Shown: positions 40,501 through 52,500 of the stretch, piece after piece
How the letters are laid out: each line of letters opens with the position of its first letter
Position numbering within the stretch: the stretch's first letter is position 1
Origin: Phoronis australis
Lineage: Eukaryota; Animalia; Phoronida
Length of the DNA: 64,000 nt
NCBI GenBank assembly: GCA_002633005.1
Contig: NMRA01000564.1
Location: 209,812 to 273,811, forward strand
Direction: 5' to 3'
Program-made: the position numbers and the translations under genes
The notes under the pieces: generated by a model
Databases searched by the model: none
Told to the model about the DNA's origin: nothing
Seen by the model: only the letters and a program-made list of their open reading frames with translations

Positions 40501-43500
40501 GTTGTTGTCGAGGGACAGAACCGTCTTTCTGCAGGCGTTCATAAAATCAATGCAAATGTTCTTTCCCTTGATTCAGTCTCCCAGGACTGTATCCTGAGTG
40601 GACTTAACCCTGGATGAGAAACAGATTTACCTGCTATTAGTCTGATTCTGTGTGGTTTGATTAAATTAATTAATTCTTAGATTAAATTAGAGCCCAACGA
40701 TCACTGGTTAACTTAATTCCGCAACTATTTTATGCAATTAGAACTGTACTCAATAATTTAATGTTGTCAGTTGACTGTAGTTAACCATGACATATGCTCA
40801 GTCTCTGTGGACTATCAGATAAATTTCACTTGAGTCCAATAGCCGGTTTTGAGCTGTTGTACATGACACTGTAATGTCCTTCTGTACTAAGCTAAAATTT
40901 GATATTTTTCAAGGTTTTCTCGTGCTCTGAATGTTAAATACCAAATACCATTTAGTATCAGACCAGGCTATCAACCAGTTGCCCTGCTCCCCTATAATAT
41001 TGCATTTTGGTGCTTAAAGTAAATGTTCTCACCGACATAGGCCAACCTTTTAAAGCACTAAATCGGCATATCAAAGCTGGTCTACTTAAAGTAAAATAAA
41101 ATACGAATGAAGCGTAACACTGAGCCAAAAATAAGTCCTGTGACCTTTGACCTTTTGATCTTAGTATAATCATAGAGAATGATATCCCAAGGTAACAGCC
41201 ATTTTACATAAACACTGCTCAATATAACTTTTAACATGAATTTTTATCAGTTTCTTTCAAACCTAGAAATCACTTCAAAATATTAGAAGCTCTTGCTGCT
41301 ACTGGCTAAGTTCGTACGTTGTTGTTCACTTAAAATCACTCAAGGCTGCTGTTACCCTCTGTCACAGCGCCACCTATACTGCGTTTGCTTTTCCATACAA
41401 AAAATGCTGTTTCACAGTTGTTGCTATTTTGACTTTGTCATTTTGAAATGTGTTTAAATCTCATGCATGTGTTGCAGATAAAGGCAGCAAGCGGTCGGGG
41501 AATGATGCGAACAAGAAAGCAAACAGGAACAAGGGTAAAGAGAGTGAGGATACGTCTAGCTTCACAGGTCGAAGCTCTCTGGCCAGTGGTGACCTAAGTG
41601 TGTTGAGCAAGGAGCTGACCCAGTCAAAAGAGGTGTGCTTGAACTCTCGATTTCTCAACTCGTTTACTTTTGTCCATGTTAATTGATGGTTGGGAGATTA
41701 TTGGAGCACGGCCAGTCGTAGGTGTTCATAATCACCGACTGGTAGACCATAGAGTATAGTTAGAACTGTTGGGAAGTCCACCTGATTTCTCAATCTCAAG
41801 ACATTGGCAAATCGTCGGGCAATGTTGCTTGGTATTGTCTAGTGATTTCGCGATGATCAACAGATGTTCGATTTCAATTAGTCGACCAACGTTTATCTAG
41901 AGCCCGGTTGATTCGCACATGATCTTTTGCTAATTGAAGTGTGACACGTATAATAAGATGCATAGCCAATGATAGCAGTCCGAAGGCAACCATTGGTGTG
42001 ACATCAGATGACTGTTGCCCAGACGTTGGCCGATGACTGGGTGTGATGTCCCAGATACGTGGACAAACTTTGCCACCTGTAGATAATTCTGCTATTGGGG
42101 AAGTTTTCCAGGTTTGGGGAAATTCTAAATTTGATGGATTATCGATGGCTGATCTTGACCCCAACAGGTTTCGGCTGATATGACCCATTTATTGTCCAAA
42201 AATTTATCTGGTCAGCGTTGGAAGCTTCATGTAACTATGGCGATGAACGACATGTTTATTAATTCTGTCACTTCATTAAGATCGTTTCTGGAGAGTCATT
42301 TTCAAAAAACAAATTTTACGCCCTTCTCATTCCTCAACCTATGAAAAATGAGGATTGAAATGAAACGAATCCAAACTTTTCCAGTCCATTATATTCCTTG
42401 AGATTTGGGAATCTGAAGCTGGTAAAAATTTCCATGTCTTACGTAACTTATTTATATGATACTTTCATCTGGTATGGACAGGAATTTTTATTTCCTGTGG
42501 GGTTAACTTATGTGTTAAGTAGTTCATGAATGTCTCTTCTCAAGAAGTGCAGAGATAGTCAAATTACACGTGGTCAGAAGCACTGTACCATAATGAATCG
42601 GTAATTGGACAATTACGTTGCAAAATCAATGTGCGTCTGTCCACCAGAATTAGTTATTTTATGTCTACCACCTAGTTGGTTATCCAGGGGTTTTATTGAT
42701 TGCCGAGTTCTTGTGTAGTCACTATTTAATGGAAGTGGTCTCTGTTGAGGCTCATTTTTGGCGAGAGCTGTTTCAGAATCCCCAATTCACATTTCTGTTT
42801 CACTTGCCCGTAATATTAATTGCTGAATTGAAGGGCATTTATTGTGTTTTGAATCACATGCAAGGATTTTTTTAAATCCATTACGTGACTTGAATAAATC
42901 ATACAAACACAGTGAAATAAAGAAAAGACCCTCGTCCATGCACGCATTCATAACCTAGTACATTATCATGATTGTATCATATATGAAACTGAATAAACTA
43001 TACCTTGATTGCAGTCATTGACTAAAGGTGACCAGAGCAGTACGACGGAGTCTGAGGCAGGCGAGGACAGTAAGTTCTGTCGTGTGATCCTACCTGACCT
43101 GTCGACGACGGTGGTGTACGCTAAGCCAGGTCAGACCGTCAAACAGGTACTCTCCAAGCTTTGTGAGAGGAGGGACATGAGTATAGCTGGGGTCGACGTC
43201 TTCCAGGTGGGCTCAGAAAAGGTAAGACCCTGTCTTCCAGGGATCAGAATTTTCCTCTTTTAAGAATATAAATAGGTAAATAAAACAACAAGAATGGATC
43301 AACTGAAATTTTCGGATGTAATAACTTCCTTTGTCAACAGAAACAGAAATAAAGTAAAATCAAACACTATATGACAATTGACCTATAAGATATGGTGTAA
43401 GAGGATTTCTTCCTTTTTGGTATTGATTTCCTCTTATTAGATTTGCAATCTCCTCTTTTTCATCTCTTTTTTATCATTATTTTAACTTTATTCAAGCAAA

Positions 43501-46500
43501 AATCATTTCTTTCAATTAAATTTTACAACACAAAAACTGTTTCTATTACATAAGCCTATTTGTAGAGCGATGTGTCACCCGAATAATTTTCCTTTTTTTG
43601 TTATTGGTCATTACAAGCTCTTGTCTTTACGTATACTACTTGTGTCCACGTGTATCTTCTGAAAAAAAGATCCAATGCTCTCCAGGGTGGTATTCACTGG
43701 TTTTGTGTGTGCAGGAGAAATTTTACACTGTTACTTGTTCGATGTACATGATAAAACCGCAACTTTTCATTAACCCAGACATAATGGTCGTGTGTTCTTC
43801 TGGGCATGAAAACTAGTTGTGTCTACAGCACAGTTTTGAAAACATCAAGAAAATTTTGCGTTGCGAAATGAAAACTAAATCTTGTGAACAGGGTCTAACA
43901 GTAGCTTTGACCAATATGAGTGTTTGTTGTCTCCTGACATTTCATTGGTGGTCATTTGTTAAGTAAGTCATGTTGTATTAGTGTTGACTGTATTTTAAAA
44001 AAGCAGTGGTGTGCAGTCAAAGGCCAACCATTTTGTTACAATTATATTTTATCAATAGTTTACCTAGAGCTGTGCATTGTAAACAGTGATACTAATGAAC
44101 TACAGTTGTCCTCCGTAGTATCTTTGTTTATAATTTCATAATGAAATATAATTCCACTTTTGCCGTGTTTGTAAACTAGGTGCAGAATAATAGTTATCAG
44201 GTCTGCGAGTTAACAGTGAACGAAGGTTTGTTGATAAACATTCCGCTTTCATTTCAGACTCTGGATCTCACCAGAGACATAGCGACTCTGGCTTCCAAAG
44301 AGATTCGTGTGGAGCGCAGGGTGTTGTTCCGAATGGACCTGCCCAACCGCAAGTCAATCGGCGTCAAAGCCAAGCCTCAGAGGAGTATGCATGACGTGTT
44401 CCGGCCGATACTCAATAAATATGGCTTCAAAATTGATGACATGGTGGTCCATTTGGTATGATTGATTTTTTTTCTGTTCCAATATAAAATCGTTCACATT
44501 AAATGTTGTATTAGCTCTGAAAAAGGAATGTAAAATTGCCGAAGGAATGGTTAGTTGAAACTTAATTCCATTTCTTTTCATGCGTTCAGTTTTGACCATG
44601 ACGCTTTTTTTGGTCCGTTTCACTTTTTGCAAGTAATGCACTCAACGAGGTTTGGTGCAGTTTTTATTTATCACTAAGTAGTAATTTTTAAATTTTGATC
44701 TGTAGTATTTCGGTCCTTGTCTACTAAAAATCTAAAAAAAGTGGAAATCGCCCGATATGTTTTTCAGTTACATCTCTGGCAAAAATGTGAAATTTCCCTG
44801 TATTACTGGAAAGCCATTTCTATTTAATCAGGGGTTGAAATCCTTTTCAGAACATCGATTTCAGTACATGAAGTCGCCATATGTTTTAACAATTTTAATT
44901 ATGTTTCCCAGTTTAGGGATTTTCTTACACCTGCCTGAGTAAATATTTTCGTTTTTGATCACCTGAAATTTTAGCATTTGCCTTTTACACAAAAAGTGTT
45001 TTGTTTTCATGTCTCTCATGTTTGCCAGGAAATAAGAGGAAATTAGGGGTTACCAGCTTAGGGCTGTTCCAGTAAAATCTGTATGGGAGGGGGGAAGGCA
45101 CCTTTTTTCGCACCCACCACCCATATTTTTCATTTATTTCTTCAGCCTACCACCCGTATATAGGTTTGAAATGCAACCACCCGTAATTTTTTTTGTTCTT
45201 GTGGTTGACTGCACAGGCGTTTGAGTTTATCTTTTCCTCCATCACCACTAACGTCATTCATTACTGAGAAAACACATGTTTCTTATATATGGTTATTAGC
45301 CATCGAGAAATTCGAGCACCTGTGGTTAACTGGTGTTATGGGCGTGCCGATGAGGAGATCGGAGGGAGTGAAAAAGTCGGGGCTTTTTGCAAGTTGCATT
45401 TTTGTTTCAGTTTTTGATTCTGTGCGGATTGTTTATAGAATTTACTAATATTATCCACCATCAAACATTTATGGCCCAATGAAACAACAACGACCTGTAA
45501 ATTTTTATTTTTTTGAATTTTTATTTTTTTGAGGTACGACCACCAGCCATTTTGAATTTAAATCAAACACAACCACCCATAAATTTTTATTTCGGTTGCC
45601 TTCCCCCCCACACAGATTTTGCTGGAACAGCCCTTAGTTTTTTTAGCTATTTTATCCCAAACAGTGCCACACAAAAACGCGTAATTTGACCTTCTCAAAA
45701 AGCAAGCCAATTTCGAGATCACCCAGCCATGAGAATAGGCTAGGAGAGTTGTTCTGCTGCATTTTACTGGATGGTGATTATGTTATGTTGTTAGGAAAAC
45801 GAAATAAATGTAAGTCATGGAAATGAACTACAACGAGAAGTTTCCTGTTTTGATAAATTCAAGTTTGCCATTTTACCATGAATTAAGTCTATGTTATTGA
45901 AGCATTTGTGTGGCTATTCTCATGGTTGGTGCGACGACATTATGAAATGTGATGTCACTCGCTATTATTTAACACTATGGCTCAAAATGCAAGCAGCATT
46001 TTTTGAAATTAAGTAACATGATATTTGAAATCAAAAATAGTATTCAAGTTTTTTTGTCAATTAGACAATGTTGTAAAATAATAAATCCACCAAACTGTGC
46101 TAGACCCCTTAATTTTTAACTTTTTTCAGACAGTCGAAAAGCCAACATGCTTCAGACTAAGTTCATCCAACTGCAGAACACATTTTGAGTTGTTTATGAT
46201 CTCCTGGAATATTTGTATTTTTACAGGTTGGTTCAAGCGTTGTCCTTGACCTTGATACTCTAATTGTTGACATTGACAACCAGAGGGTGGTCGTCCAGCC
46301 GAAGCAGGATTTTGCTGGTAATTAATGTTATATCATTTTCTACGAGACAAAGAGCAAATACAATTCTCCAAACAACTACATCATTACTCTTCCCTTGGCA
46401 GTTCATTTTTCCCTGACTTGCCTTTACATCACAGCCACCAGGTGTCCTACCTGGCTGTCCTGTGATTGAGATTTTATTGCTATTGATGTACCATATACAC

Positions 46501-49500
46501 ACATATTTAGGCCCATGAACTGTATGTGAAGCTGTGCCTGTGCCCAGAATTAAGAGCACTGCCTGTATGTGAATTAAATTTTAAAATATTTTACGAATGA
46601 AACATGACTTGCCCAGTTCAAAATGGTGGATGTTGACGTTTATTCTGTGGAGCACGAAATGGAAAGTACAAAGACTGGACAGAAACCAGGAATAGACCTA
46701 GTTGAATGCACATATGCCAAAGCTAGCGGCCTGCACCCATAGGAGGAGCTTAGGCACATGCCTTGGTATCCAAAACACTGGAGCCAAAAACTTTTCCTTG
46801 AATAAGTGCATTCGGATATGGACTCATGGGCCTAAACGTACACTTGTACAGTATAGTGTTTTTCTGAAATTCAACATTCAAGAGAGAAAACGACTGACTG
46901 AAGCACTGACTTTACTTGAGGAAAAATGTTCTGCCATTATCCATCCGTTAGATATTTCAATTTGTTGGTAGGTCCGCCAAGTTTTTATTTCGTAAAGAAT
47001 TGCATCGTGTTGGTGTTCAACCTTTTCAATACATGGTTGCATCTTGATAGGTAACGAGCTAAGAACACTATGCATTGTGTTTTGTGTGAAGTAGAGCCAC
47101 AACTCCTAAAACGTGGAACCTTGCTTTGGGTTAATTTTCCCTTCCTACTAGTAATCGTGTGTTTCAACTATGACTCCTAATTACCTTAAACTTTTCACAG
47201 CAAGTGTTTACTTGCTGCGTATAAAAGAATGCACTTTCTTCGTGAGTTTTTTCTTTCTTAATACCTAAAAGTTTCCATTGTTAACAAAAGGACATTTCTC
47301 ATTTTCATCTCGGTCAGAAAAACATTTACTAGCACTTATTCAAGTAAAACAGCTTGTTGCATTATCCACCGTCACCTACTGCCCTCTTTTGGTAGGCATG
47401 TGTACTGTGCCACCTTCCATGTCTTGCGTGCACTACTGTACTAACATGTATTGCATATTATATCTTTCATTACTTTAACTAGCACAAAGGCCAGGTGAGT
47501 GTAGAGGTGTAGCTTGATGTTTTTTTCACCTGTGTCTCCTGAATGCGTACCTGTGTTGTACCACCAGCCTGTTCATCTGCGTCACCTCCCTCATTGAAAA
47601 ATGCCAGCTATTTTGCCATACTTGTTGTTTTGCTTTGCGCCTCCTCAAACTTTAACAAATATTTCTGCTGTGTAATACATTGGTTACTTATGATGGATTT
47701 CAAAAAAACAGTAGTTATACAAACGACAGCATATACACTGTCAGGAAGAGTTACTGGGAAGGGACAACGATTCTCGCATTTTTGAAAGTGTTTTTGAATG
47801 TGATTTTAAAACAAACTGTTCAAGGTTTCAGCAATCTAAACATTGTAATGTGAAGTTGATGTCTAAACCTACAAAATGACACCAATTTGGTCATTGAAGA
47901 TTGTAACCCAGTGACTCTGGCTCAGTTTGAATGTAAATATGTTTACCCTTAGAAAGGAGAGATTTTCAAGGACAAATTGTTAAGCGTAACCTTTGTGGGA
48001 ATGTTAAGGCTCTCTAATTGGTCATGTCTTCATCACGCCCATCCAGAACTTGTCGACTATATTGCACAAGTGTAACGGAAAAGTAACATTTTATCTATAA
48101 ACAGCTTCCTTTGAATAGGTTTCAGGCATACCACCCATAGGCATTAGGCATACTTTAATGATATTACCTTAAGACCAAATAAGCTGAATATGCAGATTTC
48201 GGAAACTTGGGGAATCTTTTCAATTTGCGCTTGAAAGTTTATTTGATTACAGCACCATCTATACATCAACGATATCCCAGACATGCACATAAGAATTTCC
48301 AATACCGTGCATTGAAGTCGTCATTTTTATAGCATAATTTCATGATTATTGTAAGTCATAAAACAAATGAGCTGGTCATCACATTCTGTGGACAAAGGAG
48401 TATTCTTTCTAATGTCAGTAGTTGTTTTCTTCTCAACTAAACAGTCCTTCAGCACTTACTTTCGGGAAAACATAAAAAAATTGTCGCTTGGTCACCTTCC
48501 TGGTAATTAATATCTTCCTGATACTGTCTATTTATATGTCAAATAGCAATAATTAATTATGAGCAACCAAATTATAGCAAATTACAGAAATTATTTTATC
48601 TCAAAAAATTATGATTCTCTTTTGTACTTTAAGAGTGGTTATAAACAATTTCCTCGTGAGTTATCAAGAACCTTCATAAAGCACTCGACAGTCAACGTCA
48701 TTTCTAAAATCTATTGGTCTATTTACGCCAAACTGCAACCTCTTTGCACTAGAACAGAGTTATGTTTTGTCATTTTTCCGGCCATCTTCAGGTGTTGCAG
48801 TGTTCTTAGAAGAACGAGCGCAGGTGTGTTGTACATTTGTGGTGGTCAATGATAAACACTTTTTATTTTCCCGAAGACAGCGGAAGGACTGACTGATCGA
48901 AACATCCTGCCAATGTAAATAGGATACGAGTTGGTGTAAATGGACTAACAGATTTTAGAAATGGTGTTACCACCTCAAAGTGGTGTTAGGAAGATTCATG
49001 ACAGTTGCTGACAGAGTACGATTGGTCTCCCATCACCTTTTGCTTTGTGTTTAATGTATGTTGTATTTTTAACTCAATAGCACATTTTGTGTTCTTTTAC
49101 TCTTTGTTTCCAATATGTTTCATGCGATGAGGTAACTCACCTTGTCAAAATTTCTGGTCCGTTGTTCTTGTATGTTGTGTGTTTTTTATACTAAAATTTC
49201 TTTGCTGCTCAGTGGCAAATCTTTCTCTAACACTAATTTGATGACCGACTACAGAGATGCCGGGCTTACAAATGTCTTGACTGGTTCTGTACCCAGTATC
49301 TAGACTATTCGTCACCAAGTCAAGTCGGTACATCCAAAAACAGTGAAACTACTTGCAAAGTCAGCTATGCAGGCACTTCACAGTCACAGGTCGGCTGTGC
49401 TGTCAGTGCTGACTGACAGTGTTTATGAGTGCGGTCACTGTGTTGTTTCTCAACCCTGGATACTGTAAAATAAGTCCAGAATTAAATCTTCAGTAGTCAG

Positions 49501-52500
49501 ATTATTTTAGCGACTCTTAAAGGTGTGTTCTTTATTTGTATGCACCTGAGTAATCAGTCACACATGTCATGAGATGCTTTGGTGGCAGTGGTTCAATAAG
49601 TTAAAAAATCTTGTCTTTTAGTCAATTGCATTGTTGATATCGTAGCCCTTTTTGTCTCAGCGCCTTCACAACTCTCCTCGTATCAGTGTTTGAGCCTGAC
49701 ATATCCTAACACTCCTTGAAAATACTACAAGATACACCTAGTATTCGGTGTGACTGGCGTTTAAATTGAGTGTTTTTGTGCCAGCCACAAAAATTCAAAG
49801 GTGTCATTTAAGATATGCCTTATGTGCTTTGGTAACATCCGTTCAAGTGATGGTCACTCCTCAGGGCTCACCCAGTGTTTATTAAAATAGCTCGCTGAGA
49901 CTTGTGAACACTGAACATGCTGTCATGTTTTCGGAGAATTTTACTTAAAATGTATTCATTATACCTGATGTTTACATCAGAGAGATGGGTATTCTTATGT
50001 ATCGTATTTCTTTCTCAAACAGAGTGGGGTGGTTACGACTCGAGACGGCCAGCGTTAGGCAAACCACCGATTCCCAAGAAGCCAACTTCAACTATACCTT
50101 CCCAGCCAGGCAGTGTCGTTGATAGCATATCTCACATGGACAGTAACACAGATGAACTAGTCATTATGGACTTTGAAAAGTCAAAGGTCAGTTCAGCACT
50201 TCTGCAACTACAAGGCGCCGTCATGTTTTAAACCACACAAAATTATTCCTCAAGTCGTTTTTTGTCTGCAACACATTTCAGGTTTTTTTATATTAATTAG
50301 TTGACGTTCTTCATTTTACTTAATTAGGCTCTGGACTAAGTTGAGCTCATTGATTTCTTCTCAGCTATGATTCACCATTGTCATCCTCATCTATGGTGTA
50401 ATCTTACCAATTTCGGACAAAAAATAATTGCCAAAAACTTTTTCCTTTCATTTTTGAAGCGATTCAGTGCCCATAAAATTTTCAAAAACATTGTTTAAAT
50501 TCTAACCTTGCCTCGTTCGTCTTCAAGTAGACTTTGATTGCTGCACTTCTTGGGAAAGGGAACAAGTTGAAAGCCAGTGATTTAGAGTATATTTGGCAGG
50601 CAGGAAATATAAGGTTATGTACAGCAAGACCTTAGAAAAATGTCCAACTTTGGCCATCTTCGGAACATCGCACCTCAGAAATGACAGATGGGATTGACGT
50701 GAAACTTTCAAGTACTATGCTGTATACACTGTTCTCCAAAATGTTGATAAGAATTGTTTTTAAAAATGTTCCATTTTGCAAGAAGGGCTCTTAAAATATA
50801 GGAACTACGGGTTTTTTGATAAAGTTTTCAAGTTGCATGAAACGGAAAGGAAACCATAATTTAGAAAACCTGAAATTTTATCTTGAACGTTTATATCATA
50901 ACGAAATTTGGTCTTGTTATTGATCCTGTTGTTTTGGTATGAATGTACTTTCTTTTTTGCTATGTTTTCCTAAAAAATTTTCATGAAATTTCTACTTGCA
51001 GAAAATACATACTTTTGTTGAGTTAAATTCTGTAGTTACATAAATATTTGGATAAATGTACAAATTTGTCGATAAGGTCTTACATAACCTTAGGGCTGGT
51101 TGTCAGATTGCAATCATTAGGAAATCTTGATGTTCATGTTGGATGATTGTAAAAAGGTTTTTCATGGTCTCTGTCAGGGTATGTTTAAATCAACTTACTC
51201 ATAGACCGGAGATTTAAGAGTTCGAACGTTTCGAACTGTATTCTACACTCCTTTGTCAACGTAATGGGTGTCATGGTTTCCGGTCATTCCGTTCTCCAGA
51301 AGTAGTATGGCGTGATAGATGGGCGTAAATTGTAAACCTTGATCACGATTCATGGTGGGCTTGTTGGTTTTGGTGTATATGGATTCTTTAATCTTTCTTG
51401 AGAACTAGTTTTTCTCTTCAGCCAAACGTTTGAACTCTAAAATCTGCGGTCGGATGTTAGAAATTAATTCATGGCTGCTTCAGTTGCACCATGCGAGAGT
51501 AAAATGTGTAACCTAGTATTCGCCAGTGTTTCCAGAAAGAAAGTTAGGCTAGTGTACTTTTAAGTTAATTTTGTAAATAATGTGTTATTAACTTGATGTG
51601 ATTGACACAGGGTGAGGAACAGAAGGGACTACTAGGCCTCATCCGGCGGGGATCTATGGAACTGAAGGACAAGGCAAGGACTAGGAACAAGGTGACATTT
51701 GCATCTCAGAGAGGTTACGACGTTGTGGCAGCGGATGGTAGACCCAGGCGACTAAATGATACTGAAGGTAACCTTCCATTGCGTAACTCGAGTTATATTC
51801 AGTGTTTGACCAACTTGCTGCAATTGTCCGCTGAATTTTGGTGTTTTGTATCCTTTTAAAACGGCTTAATACACTGGTAAAATGTGATTAATAAGAAAAA
51901 TTGGGATTTATTATAATGTGCTGTAGATTCCTTGCTGTTAAGACCAGTATAATTTGATTATGAACAGATTGTACTGCAGTTCTTAAGTTGTGGATAAGAA
52001 GCAAGTTTATCGTCATTTTTTTACAATGGCAGGATTCAACTTAAAATATCAATTAATTCTGCAACAAAATATTGGATTCACTTTCAGATGAGCATTTCTT
52101 TGACCTGGTCACTAAAGTGCAGAGCCAGCGACTGGACGACCAGCGTGGACCATCCGAGGTCCATTTAGACCTGCCAGATTTTCTACGATCACCCATCGCC
52201 CACCCAATGTCAGACAAAGAGAACTCACCCAATAGGGCCAATTTGTCTAGTACTCCTGGTCACTTGCCCAAGGCCATGTCGACGCCAGACAGGCTGTATA
52301 ACGGTGGTCTGAACGATCATAGACTCACTCTCATGTTTGACGACAATGTGGGGATGATGCCACAGGATGAGTTGAGTTTCCAGGACACTAGTTTCAGTGG
52401 TGAAGGTTATCTGCCCACCCATGAGCAAGCAGAACGGTACTTCAGTGGTGCCTATAATTATCCCAAAACACCAGAGTATAACCAGTCTGTGCAACATAGT

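Noticed and set aside
49080-49140. Pyrimidine tract followed by GAG|GTAACT as another microexon or recursive splice site
   Set aside because: No well-placed separate acceptor AG or branch point; frame cannot be reconciled
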